A stretch of DNA of 64,000 nt from assembly GCF_963921235.1 (NCBI RefSeq), contig NC_086097.1:156180001-156244000 (forward strand). Reading direction: 5' to 3'. Made by a program: the position numbers and the translations under genes. How positions within the stretch are numbered: position 1 is the first letter of the stretch; the number at the start of each line of letters is the position of its first letter. Below, piece after piece: positions 48,925-59,921 of this stretch. This stretch comes from Mobula hypostoma (taxonomy: Eukaryota). The notes under the pieces are model-generated. The model saw nothing but the letters and a program-made list of their open reading frames with translations. It did not search any database and was not told where the DNA came from.

Positions 48925-49335
48925 GTTGTTTGAGTTGGCTGAGATCCTTCATCAGGATTGGACAGGAAGGGGAAAGAAACCAGAATCAGAAAGTGGCGAA
49001 AGGGGAGGGAGTAGATTGGGGATCACTTCGTCGAGCCATTTTGCTCTGTCTGCCACAAAAGGTGGGATTTCCCAGTGGTCACCCATTTCAATTTGACTTG
49101 CTGTTCTCATTCCAACATGTCGGCCTATGGCCTTCTCTACTGTCATAATTAGGCGACAGTCAGGTGGAGGAGGAACACCTCGTATTCCATTTGGTTAGCC
49201 TTCCAACCTGATGGCATGAACATCGATTTCTCTAACTTCCAGTAATTTCTCCCCCCTCCCCCTTCTCTCTTACTCCCATTCTCCATTCTGGTTTCGCACT
49301 CAACTCTTCTCTTTTCCTTAACTGCCCATTACCTC
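48925..49335. mobile_element. Penelope fragments (inverted pLTR, then GIY-YIG end on plus strand)
   Basis: ccttcatcagg on the minus strand at about 48950; the plus strand encodes EEEHLVFHLVSLQPDGMNIDFSNF. Confidence 0.75.
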
Positions 49336-49710
49336 CCGAGGGATATTGAGTCCACAGAGGAAGTAGAAGGAACAAATCAACAAGGAACAAATGAGGTGCT
49401 TGAGAAGTATAGGAAATGAAAGTGAACATTTAAGAGTGAAATTAGGAGGGCTGAAAGAAGGCATGAGGTTCCTCTGGTAGATGGAGGAAGAGAAACCCAA
49501 GGATGTCTACATTTATACTAAGAGCAAAAGGATAACAAGAAGATGAGAGTGGTCATCTCCCCAAGGAGCTGAAAGAGATGGCGGAGATCTTAAATAGATT
49601 TTTTTGCATCAGAAGGTGGTGAAAATGTGCAGTGAGCTGCCAGCAGAAGTATAGGACGTGGGTAATTGTAATTTTAAAATTGTAATTTTTTAAGAGAAGT
49701 TAGTGAAGAT

Positions 49711-50613
49711 TGTTACATACCCCGTAACTGGGTTGCCAAACCAGCAGAAATGGACCACTCAGTTGGAGTCCAGATTACTGGAACTAAGAAAGTTTTATTC
49801 AAGAAATAAGCAACACAGTACTCTAATAGTAAGGATATAAATGCAACAGGTTAGCAATGAATGAACACACATGTACACAGAACTAGGATAATAGGGTTAA
49901 TCAAGCTCTATCACAGTCTAAGGGTAAAATGATCAATCACAAGTGACAGAGTTCAGTTTAGTTCAGTTCACAGTAATCGCTGTTGTGCCATTGGAGAGAG
50001 AGAGAGAGAGAACGAATGAATATTCAAATTGGATTCCAAACAGACCTTCGATATTCCTTGCAGTCAGCTTTCGGGCGAGCCCTTTGTAATGTCTTCTGAG
50101 GTCACCGACTGTGACCCCTCCATTCCAGATACGATCGCTCCTCGGTGTGAACCCGGCACCCAGGCAAGGGCGGACACACACACCAGGTTCCCGCCGACCG
50201 TATCTTTCCACCCTGTGCGTCTATGGCTGGTCCCGCGACCAGCCCTCCAAAACTCCCACCGACTTGTGGGGGCGCACCGCTTCCAGGGTCTCGTTACCTC
50301 GTGGTGTCGTGAGTGGTGTCTGTTGCCTTAGTGAACCTGTCCCTTTTTATCCCCCCTGTTGGGGTATCGCCTGTCCATCAGACTTCAAACAGTTCAGGGT
50401 TCAAAGCAGCCGGTCCTGACAATACTCAGACCGGTGTCTCCTTCCATTAAACTCTCTCGTCTCTTCATTAACATTTCCAAATGCTGCTCCATTGTCTTAC
50501 TTATCTCTCTCTCCTGAAGACAGGTGGCAGATCAACTGATGATCCCATTTGTGATAGCACAGGACAGTTAACATCTTAGTCTATGTGTACTTTTGTAACC
50601 CTCTTTTGTCACA
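49711..50613 (-). repeat. 3' LTR (903 bp)
   Basis: Direct repeat of 53833-54711, adjacent to the PPT. Confidence 0.95.
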
Positions 50614-50625
50614 CCCCTCCCCTTT
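50614..50625 (-). promoter_or_regulatory. Polypurine tract
   Basis: Minus strand AAAGGGGAGGGG immediately before the 3' LTR start TGTGACA. Confidence 0.9.
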
Positions 50626-50699
50626 AAGGATTTTTACTGGGGTAAAAATTACAAGCATGAGTACATTATTAGATACACACAAATATACATCTTCATCAG

Positions 50700-52094
50700 C
50701 TATTTGGCTAATACAGAGAATTTTAAGTTGTCAACACCTGACAGACAGTCAGCAATCACATTTTCTGTTCCTTTTATTTGTGTTATTAATAATCCTCTCA
50801 AACCAGGCTCCAACTTAGTAGACTTCATAGTGGCCGAAGACACTAATGAATTGTGATCAGTGTAACTTCTCAGTGGTTTTCGCCCCGGACACAGATAACA
50901 AGGGTCGTCCCATACCAACTTAGCATTCTTTGGCAAGGGCTTTGTAAGAGGGTGGGTACTAGCCGCAAAGTTGTTTTTTTTTCTGCAAAACTTCCGATAG
51001 TACCCCACCATCTCCAAGAACCTTCTCAGGGCTCTCTTGTCTGTCGGGGTGGGGACTTCAGCGATAGCCCGCACCTTAGCTTGCATCGGAGCCAGCTGCC
51101 CCTGTCCTACCACAAATCCCAGATAAGTGACTTTTTCATGGCTGAATTCACTCTTTGCGAGGTTTACTGTCAGTCTGGCTTCAGACAGCCGTTTAAACAG
51201 TGCCACAATGTGCTTTCCCCACGTGTCATTCCAGACCACTACATCGCCAATATACACTTCTGTGTTCTTTAGCCCTTTTGTCACTGAATTAATCATTCTG
51301 TAGGGATGTTGCTCACTAGGCTGACCTGATGTGACAACAGCTCCATGTCCCAGCTCTTTGCATCGCCTCATGTCGTCTAGACCTACGTGCGCGTGCCATT
51401 TAATTAGCTTTATCAATGGCCCACTTTGTTCGGGGGTTAGGTGAGAGACCTTATCAGCAAAATGGGTCAAAACAATAGACATCTCCCATTTGGTTGGCAC
51501 CACACTTATCTTTTCAAAATGGGCCCTCCCCTTCTCAGGTGGCACCCTAGCCTCATTAATTTTCATGATATCACCAGCTAGTTCTGTTCTCTGATCGTGG
51601 TGGGCTTTTAACATGTTAATAGCCTCTAACTGTGTTAACTCACGTCTGCAAATGTCAATAACATCCTTCCTCCTGTGCAGCCAGTAAAACTCTTTCATGA
51701 TTCTGCCAACTGTTTCCTTCCCCCCAAAATGTCCACCGAGGGGTATCTTGTGGGCCAGGTTAAGAATCTCATCCCCATAATTTTTTGGCACCATCCCCCA
51801 TTCCTCATCTGCAGGTACGGTACTTGGTCTCCCCTTCTTCCTTAGCACTCCCTCCTCCACACAATAGCCTACTGGCTCCGTTTTCACCGTTGCTTCAGAG
51901 AGAGCTGTCTCCGCCGAAACCATCACCTCCTCGTCTTGCTCCTGTGCCTGTACAAAATCCTTCCTGGTTAATGCTAAGTCTGCCTCAACTCCCTCACTTC
52001 CTCCTGTTTCACTACACTCCTTCTTTTCACTTTCTACCTCCTCCTGGTATAAGGCTGGTAGAAACGTCTCAGCTAAATTTACTTCGGCAGTCAT
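50700..52094 (-). CDS. Deleted pol remnant: integrase Zn-finger, partial RT, RNase H tail (464 aa)
   Basis: AHKIPLGGHFGGKET...FYW, QHPYR, VYIGDVVV, LTVNLAKSEF, VTYLGFVV, LRRFLEMVGYYRKF, YTDHN and KGTENVIADCLS motifs. Confidence 0.85.
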   Translation of the reverse strand: MTAEVNLAETFLPALYQEEVESEKKECSETGGSEGVEADLALTRKDFVQAQEQDEEVMVSAETALSEATVKTEPVGYCVEEGVLRKKGRPSTVPADEEWGMVPKNYGDEILNLAHKIPLGGHFGGKETVGRIMKEFYWLHRRKDVIDICRRELTQLEAINMLKAHHDQRTELAGDIMKINEARVPPEKGRAHFEKISVVPTKWEMSIVLTHFADKVSHLTPEQSGPLIKLIKWHAHVGLDDMRRCKELGHGAVVTSGQPSEQHPYRMINSVTKGLKNTEVYIGDVVVWNDTWGKHIVALFKRLSEARLTVNLAKSEFSHEKVTYLGFVVGQGQLAPMQAKVRAIAEVPTPTDKRALRRFLEMVGYYRKFCRKKNNFAASTHPLTKPLPKNAKLVWDDPCYLCPGRKPLRSYTDHNSLVSSATMKSTKLEPGLRGLLITQIKGTENVIADCLSGVDNLKFSVLAK

Positions 52095-53733
52095 TCAGGA
52101 CACACGCCGAGTCTCTGCGCGAACGGGATGAACCTGTGAGTCCATGGGCGGGGCCTCAATGCTGGCAGGCTGACCTGTCAGTCTCACTGCCGAGAACACA
52201 ATTCCCCCGGCGAGGTCATTACCGAGCAAGACTTCCACGCCTTTCATCGGTATTTCGGGCCTCACCCCGATCGTGACTAGTCCAGAGACCAAGTTGCTTT
52301 GTAGGTGTATCTGGTGCAAAGGGACTGCCTCTGTCCCTTTTCCAATGCCTTTTATGACCCTGACTTTCCCAGTCTCGGTCTCTGAACTAAAGTCTAACAC
52401 ACCCTTTAATATCAATGACTGACACGCTCCCGTGTCTTTCCAGATCCATACTGGAACTGGGTTTAACCCCTCCTTCACCGACACCAATCCGGCTGAGATA
52501 AACCTCTCGCACCCTTCCTGAACTTTGGCAGACCTTTCCTCTCCTAGCAATTTGTTTACCAGCTCACTACAGCCAGTCGAAATCGCCGTTTTTCTTTTTC
52601 CCGTCTCCTTCTTTGGGGCAAAGCACCTGCACGCAAAGTGTCCGACTTTCCCACAATTATAACAGACGACCCCAGGAGACTTCCTACCAGACTGCTCCTG
52701 GTCTACCTTATCCTTCTCACTAGTCCCCGGCTTACTTATTGACTTTTCCGGTGGACTCTCCCCGCCATCCTGACTACCCTTCTGGTAGCCTTTACTCGGG
52801 GCAAACTTCATTTTATGCGTCAACGCGTACTCATCCGCTAACTTAGCAGTTGCGGCTAACGTGTCTGCCTCTTTCTCATCTAGGTAGGGTCTCATACCAT
52901 CAGGGACACAACCTTTAAACTGCTCAATCAGGATCAGCTGTAGCAGTCTGTCATAATCCCCATTTACCCCCTTCGAGGCACACCAACGCTCACAATATGT
53001 CTGCATCTCACGGGCAAACTCTAAATACGTGCGGTCCCACTGTTTCCTCGAATTCTGGAACGTCTGCCGGTATGCCTCCGGGACCAACTCATAAATCCTG
53101 AGGATGGCCTCTTTCACCACCTCATACCTCTGGGCATCTTCCGCAGACAAAGCCGAGTAAGCTTGTTGGGCTTTCCCTTTAAGTACACTCTGAAGCAAAA
53201 CAACCCACTTATCCCTCGGCCAGTCCTGACTTGCAGCAACTTTTTTGAAATGGAGAAAGTACCGATCCACCTCGGTATCGTCAAATGGGGGAACCAGCCT
53301 AACCTCCTGGGTCGCCCTGAACCCTCCACCTTGGTTCGGCATGGGCCCCTGCTCTGCCATCATCTTTAACCTCTCCAGCTCGAATTCCCTTTCCCTCTGT
53401 TTCTCTTCTCGCTCCAACTGCCTCTCTTCTCATTGTTGTTCTAACTGTTTCTCTTCATGTTCCCCGGAACGCGTGCTCGAGTCTCAGTTTTTCAAGCTGC
53501 ACCTGTACTGCGTCTCCACCAGGTTTTCCAATAGATATCACCTCCAGCTCCCCTTGGGGAAACACACCTTTAGATACATAGTGCTCTACGATAGCTCTGT
53601 GCATCTCCTCTCTCCTCATTGTCGACTTCCCCTTAACAAGATTCAACCGTTTGGCCACAGCTGCCTATTCCGTTTTCCTGGCATCCTCTAATGTCTCCAA
53701 GGTCGGCGCCTTTAGAAATTCCTCAATCTCCAT
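52095..53733 (-). CDS. Gag (capsid/SCAN-related region, CCHC knuckle) plus aspartic protease; N-terminal part disrupted
   Basis: Open over 52095-53417: VPPFDD, WVVLLQSVLKGKAQ, LIEQFK, CYNCGKVGHFACRC, DTGA and LLGNDL. The likely original ATG is at 53733 (MEIEEFLKAP), followed by a stop and a frameshift. Confidence 0.85.
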
Positions 53734-53809
53734 TTCTGCTGTTTGCCTTTTCTTTCTTTCGGGAATTTTAACCCAATCAATTTACCCCGTCCCAAATTTA
53801 GCATTCGAA

Positions 53810-53828
53810 ATCCCGGACGAGAACCCCA
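53810..53828 (-). promoter_or_regulatory. Primer binding site, tRNA-Pro-like
   Basis: Minus strand TGGGGTTCTCGTCCGGGAT, 4 nt after the 5' LTR, versus canonical PBS-Pro TGGGGGCTCGTCCGGGAT. Confidence 0.85.
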
Positions 53829-53832
53829 CTTA

Positions 53833-54711
53833 TGTTACGTACCCTGTAACTGGGTTGCCAAACCAGCAGAAATGGACCACTCAGTTGGAGTCTGGATTAC
53901 TGGAACTAAGAAAGTTTTATTCAAGAAATAAGCAACACAGTACTCTAATAGTAAGAATATAAATGCAACAGGTTAGCAATGAATAAACACACATGTACAC
54001 AGAACTAGGATGATAGGGTCAATCAAGCTCTATCGCAGTCTAGGGGTAAAATAATCAATCACAAGTGACAGAGTTCAGTTTAGTTCAGTTCGCAGTAATC
54101 GCTGTTGTGCCGTTGGAGAGAGAGAGAGAGAGAGAGAACGAATGAATGTTCAAATCGGATTCCAAACAGACCTTCGATATTTCTTGCAGGCAGCTTTCGG
54201 GTGAGCCTTGACCCCTCCGTTCCAGATACGATCGTTCTTCAGCGGTGAACCCCGTACCCAGGCAAGGGTGGACACACACACCAGGTTCCCGCCGACCGTA
54301 TCTTTCCACCCTGTGCGTCTATGGCTGGACCCGCGACCAGCCCTCCAAAACACCCACCGACTTGTGGGGGTGCACCGCTTCCAGGGTCTCGTTACCTCGT
54401 GGTGTCGTGAGTGGTGCCCGTTGCCTTAGAGAACCTGTCCCTTTTTATCCGCCCTGTTGGGGTATCGCCTGTCCATCAGACTTCAAACAGTTCAGGGTTC
54501 AAAGCAGCCGGTCCTGACAATACTCAGACCGGTGTCTCCTTCCGTTAAACTCTCTCGTCTCCTCATTAACATTTCCAAATGCTGCTCCATTGTCTTACTT
54601 ATCTCTCTCTCCTGAAGACAGGTGGCAGATCAACTGATGATCTCACTTGTGATAGCACAGGACAGTTAACTTCTTAGTCTATGTGTACTTTTGTAACCCT
54701 CTTTTGTCACA
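53833..54711 (-). repeat. 5' LTR (879 bp)
   Basis: Direct repeat of 49711-50613, lacking about 29 bp near 54208. Confidence 0.95.
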
Positions 54712-55084
54712 AGATACATGGATAAAAGTGGTATTTAGTGCTATGGTTCAGGTGCAGGAAAATGGAACTAGGCAGAGAAACAGATCAGTCTGAACTAGAT
54801 GGAGTGAAATACATGTTTCTGTGCTATGACTATGACTATAATTCATACTGTATTTTAAGTGGCATTTAACATTAATGGGGAGAAATGTGAAGGGAAACAT
54901 TAATTAGAAAGTAGCTTAGCTCCATATTATCTTTTTTCATGGAATAGATTACATGCTTGAGATAAAAAGTAGCCAGAAGATCCTAAGACCAAGTATAAAA
55001 CATTATGGAGTATTTATCAGATGAGGATTGCTCTCTCATCTAATACTTGAGCACTTATCTCTGATAACTAAGCATTGTTTTAAC

Positions 55085-55890
55085 ATTGAGCATAGAATGG
55101 TATACTGCAGTAACAGCCACTTATTCCCGTATTTGTGATGACCACAATGCTAATTTAGTCTAACCCTACCTGCCTATACTTTGTCTGTATTGCTCTATTC
55201 CCTGCCGGTTCATATGTCTGTTGAAATGCGACTTCAATATTGCTGTCATCTTCTTCTATTATCTCCTCTAGCAGGATGGTCCAGGCAACTGTCACTCTCT
55301 AAAATAAATCGGCCTCATACATCTCCATTAAACTTTCCTATCTTTCTACTCTGGGAAAAGAATCTGACCACTCTATCTATTTATAAACTTGTATCCATCT
55401 CCTCTCAGCCTCCAATGCTACAGAGAAAAAATCCACACAAATTGCTGGAATAACTCAGCAGGTCAGGCAGCATCTATGGAGAGGAATAAAGAGCCAATGA
55501 TATTTGGATTTAAAAAATCCAACTCTGTCATACCTCTGCTTGTAACTATAACTCTAAACCAGACAGCATTTTGGTGAATACCTCTGCACCCTTTCCAGTG
55601 CTTCCACATCCTTCCCACAGAGTGAAATGCACACAACATTGCAAATGTAACCCAACTGAATTTTTAAGCAGCTGCAGTATGAGTGCCTGGATTTTATACT
55701 CAAAGCCTCGATCAATGAAGGCAGCATGCTGCATGTTTTCATATCCACTCATGTGACACTTTCAGCGAGCTATGGACTTCCATTCTCTCTATACATTATT
55801 GCTCCTACGTGTCCCTTTTATTGTATATTTCCCTCTTGCATTTAACCTCCCAAAATGTGCCTCACAATTGCCTATACTTAACTCTATCTG
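55085..55890 (-). mobile_element. Old CR1 3' part with a short Penelope pLTR fragment inside (about 55430-55500)
   Basis: Minus-strand remnant KDVEALERVQR; pLTR-like ctggaataactcagcaggtcaggcagcatctatgg. Confidence 0.6.
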
Positions 55891-56097
55891 CCATTTCGGA
55901 ACCTGGTAGTGTGGGACTTAAGGCTCCTGGACCTCCTTCCCGATGGCAGAAGAGAGAAGAGAACGTAGCACTCACCAACTGTCACACTGTCTGCAAACTT
56001 ACTAATCAGCCCAGCTGTAGTTTCAGGTGGATCATTTTCTATGTATCACCAGCCACAGATTTTCCTGTAAATTGTTCTAATTAACAGGCTACAAACG

Positions 56098-56740
56098 CTT
56101 CAAGGGATTCAAAGTAGATTTATTATCAAAGTATGTGCACAGTATACAACTCTGAGATTCGTCTCCCTCACAGACAGTCAGGCACAAAAGAAAACCATGA
56201 ACCAGTTCAGACAAAAACATCAAAACTCCTCCACCACGCGCAAAAAACAAATCATGAAATGCAAATGGCAACAAGAAAGAATGAAGGGAAAGACAGAATT
56301 TAAATCACAAAATCAAAAGAGTTCGTATTAGCTTCAGCTCAATGTTCATTATCTGCAGGGTGCCCCAATTCAAAGTCATCCAAAATCGCAACAGAAAAAG
56401 AAACGACCAGAAACAAATTATAATGTGAACTACAGTTCAATCCACAATCTGATGATCAAGAACTTTGACAGCATTAAGGGAAAGAGAGACCATTAAAATG
56501 CAGGGACCTTCCCTCAGGAGGAGTGAGCAAGAGGGAGAAAGAAACCATCACATGCAAGCACCTTCTTCAGGTGGCTGTGAGTGGGAGGGAAAGAGGAGAC
56601 CATCACATGCAAACTCCTTCCTCTGGCAGCAGTGGGTGAGAGGCTGGTAGACTCGTCTCAATGTTTTTAATCTTCCTCGACATTTTAATTGGTGAGATCA
56701 GTGAGAAATAGAGTCGGTAATGGGTTTGTGCTCCTGTCTC
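56098..56740 (-). mobile_element. Non-autonomous retroposon with Rex-type 3' tail
   Basis: ttcaaagtagatttattatcaaagtatg...tatacaactctgagattcgtctcc end; internal repeats of gagaccatcacatgca. Confidence 0.5.
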
Positions 56741-57123
56741 TAAACACTTCATATTTTTTAAGATTTCAGCATGAGGTTCTGATACTTTTTCACTTCTGTT
56801 ACTTTCTGTGAAGTTTACTCAGGATTTCCAGTAGTTAAAACATGGAATATAAACATCCATGCTATAAGAGCTCATTGCTCCTGCAGAGCCTCACTAAGTG
56901 CCTGTGTGAGTTACAGACAAGGCTATGATGTTAAAGTTCTAATTCTCCAAGACTATTCACCATCTATGATACACTTATGGATAAACCCTCTACAAACAGT
57001 CCTGAAGAAGACAACCAATTAAACTTTGCAATGTTGTGTCAAACAAGTGAGAAGTATACTAAGATACCATTTAGAGCTGTTCCTCCATTGTTGTCGTGGG
57101 TTAGTTTTAGAGTGGGAGGCTTT

Positions 57124-57563
57124 AGAACATAGAACATAAAAAATCTACAGCACATTACAGGCCTTTCAGCCCCCAAAGTTGTGCCAAAAATGTAACCTAC
57201 TCTAGAGGCTGCCTAGAGGTTTCCTACCGCATAGCCCTCTATTTTGTCTTTAAAGATCCTATTATATCTGCCTCTACCACCTTCGCTGGCAGTGCATTCC
57301 ATGCACCCACCACTCCCTGTGCGAAAAAGTTACCTCTGACATCACCCTTGAACCTACTTCCAAACACCTTAAAACTATGCCCCCTCATGTTAGCCATTTC
57401 TACCCTGGGAAAAAGCCTTTGGAAATCCAATAATCAATGCATCTCATCATCTTATACACCTCTATCAGGTCACCTCTCATCCTCTGTCACTGCAAAGAGA
57501 AAAGGCCAAGTTCACTCAACCTATTCTCTTAAGGCATGTTCCCCAATCCAGGCAACATCCTTG
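57124..57563 (-). mobile_element. CR1 3' fragment inserted in the 5' UTR of an older CR1
   Basis: QRLFPRVEMANMRGHSFKV, same subfamily as the 10778 copy; flanked by GCTTT on both sides. Confidence 0.85.
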
Positions 57564-58885
57564 AGCTTTGGCTCAAAAAGTTTTGACAAGAATAGGCTTG
57601 GGCAAGCACAGACAGAGGTTCTAAGTGAGTTGTCAGTAAGTTTTCATTTTCTCTTTCTTTGTCTATATCTTGTGCAGTGAGAATGGTTCCAGAGTTAGTG
57701 CTCTGTTCTTTATGTGAGATGTGAAAACTCTTGGAGACGTCCAGGCACCCTGATAGCTACATCTACACGAAGTGCATCAGGCTGCAGTTCCTTAGCAACT
57801 ATGCTAAGGAGCTGGAGCTGCAGCTTGATAACCTTTGGGTAATATGGGAGAATAAGCAGCTGATAGATAGGAACTACAGGGAGGTAGTCACTTCTAAGCT
57901 GCAGGAGGCAGGTACCGAGGTGACTCTGAGGAGAGGGAAAGGGTTATACAGTCAGAGCAGAGAACCCCTGTGGCTGTTATCCACAACAATAAGCATATCA
58001 ATTTGGACACTGATGGGGTGGGCGAGGGGATGACCTACTAAGAGGAAGCTGCAGCAACTGGGTCTCCAGCACTGAGTTCGTTTCTGTGGCTCAGAAGGAA
58101 AGGGGGAAGAAGAGCAGTATAGTAGTGATAGGGAATTCCATAGTTAAAGGAACAGACAGGGGATATTGTGGATGTAAAAGAAACACTGGATGATATTTTG
58201 CCTCCCAAGTGCCAGGGTCAGGGATGTTTTGGATCAGGTGCACAGCATTCGAAAGGAGGAGGGTGAGCAGCCAGAAGTTGTGGTACATATTGTATAGGAA
58301 TCAATGACATACAGTAGGTTAGAAATGGGAGAGTTTCTGAAAAGAGAATATAGAGGGTTAAGTAAAAAGCTGAAAGGCAGGACCTACAGGGTCATCTCTG
58401 GATTGCTGCCTGTGCCAGGTGCCAGTGATTTAGCAGATGAATGCATGGCTGAGGAATTGGTGCAGGGGGCAGGGTTACAGATTTCTAGAAAGTTGGGATC
58501 CTACTGGAAAATGTACGGCCTGTACAAAAAGGAAAAGCTACACCAGAAGCTGGTTGGGGGGGGGACCAACATCCTTAAGGGCAGGTTATCTAGAGCTGTT
58601 GAGGAGGGTTCAAACTAATTTGGCAGGGAATGGGAAACAGAGTGATGCGTGAGGATGGGGCAATTAATTTACACGTATATGCAGTGTGAAATGAGATTGT
58701 AAAGAAGGCTAGCAGATGATGGGGCAAAATTACATTCAGTGGGATGAGTTGAACTGTAACACTGCGTGGGGCAAAATTGAAAAGGATGATGAATACAGGA
58801 CTGAAGGTATTATATAAGAATGCACACATTATACAGACTGGGGTAGATGATCTTGTAGAGTAATTAGAGATTGGGAACATCACTG
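57564..58885 (+). mobile_element. CR1 5' UTR, ORF1 (Zn-finger plus esterase) and ORF2 start, degenerate
   Basis: TKCIRLQFL...KELELQLD, VVIGNSIVKGTDR, ISGLLPVP, MNAWLRNWCRGQGYRFL and GLKVLYKNA motifs. Confidence 0.8.
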
Positions 58886-59060
58886 ACCATAAAGACCCTG
58901 ATTGAAGTCATGTATATGCCTCTAAACACCAGCCTGAAATACTGACTATTCATTCATTTCCATAGATGCTGCCTGACCTGTTGAGTTCCTCCAGCATTTT
59001 GTGTGTGTTACATCAGAAATGTCATAGGTAATCAGGAGTCTAAAATTCCTCTACTACAGT

Positions 59061-59921
59061 TGTAACATACCTCAAGGAGATCTTGTGAGAATGATGTAAT
59101 GGTCTTTTGGAGGTCACCTGATGTAATTTTCCTGCCGATGTGAGGTCACGTGACGACATGTTCACCACGCATATAAAAGGGAAGACCTCTGCTGACGCAG
59201 TTTGTTTTTCCAGCTAGAACATTAGTCAGAGTCTCCGCTCCGTTGCGTATTTGCTTTATGACGCAGTTTCATTTTCACAACAGAGTTTTACATTCTATTG
59301 TAAGGTACAATAGTGCTGGACTGGCAGTTTACGCAATTTCTGCTAGATTTGTTGATGTACCTTTTTAGTAGTATTGGAGAGGGAAGATTTTATCAAAGTA
59401 CAGGACCTGAAGGATTAAGAGAAGTTGGTATCGTTCGGCAGTTTAACAAAGGATCGACCTTATTGAGTCTTCGTTGAAGAAGTAGCGACCTGCATCAAAG
59501 ATAACTCCTGCCAAAAGATGAAAGGAAGTTCATGCAAGGTTTGCTCTCTAGAAATAAAGGTCCAACGGTTAAGCCGTTTATTTCCTTCATTGTGAATCCT
59601 TTGGACAGAACCAGCAGGAAAGTTGCATCTATGAAGAAATCCTTCTCCAGAGAAGTCTCTCCCAATCGAATGTATAAATCTCTTGGACTTTCACATTCAC
59701 CATTTTAAGAACTGTGTTTGACTTTACCGCCTTAAGAACTGTTTTCGCATTTATTGCTTTAAGAACCAGTACCGAGTGACGGTTTGTTGAACAGCTGCAT
59801 AGCGGTTAACTTCCGGTTAAGGTTTTTGTTCGTTTTTTATTGTTTATCAGTGTTTAATAAATGTTTGGTTGTTTTATATAACCTGACTCGATTGATATTC
59901 GTTGTTGCCAGTTACGTAACA
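59061..59921 (+). mobile_element. Solo LTR of a second family (861 bp)
   Basis: TGTAAC...GTTACGTAACA termini, imperfect TSD CAGT/CAGC, TATAAAA at about 59172 and AATAAA at about 59856. Confidence 0.8.

Larger units (their letters stand above)
49711..54711 (-). mobile_element. Two-LTR Gypsy retrotransposon, Gmr1-like domain order, internally deleted
   Basis: LTRs at 49711-50613 and 53833-54711 with TG...CA ends, TSD AGAT (49707-49710, 54712-54715), PBS, PPT, and gag-pro-pol remnants. Inserted in a decayed CR1 3' end. Confidence 0.95.

Noticed and set aside
49711..54711. Endogenous retrovirus, because of the MLV-like PBS-Pro
   Set aside because: No env, and the Gag/Pol motifs and integrase-before-RT order are Gypsy/Gmr1-like.
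57103..58885. Minus CR1 3' end beside plus CR1 ORF1 as a 5' inversion
   Set aside because: GCTTT flanks both sides of the minus piece, and removing it restores gtgggaggctttggctcaa, the CR1 5' UTR also seen at about 6360-6398. It is a nested insertion.
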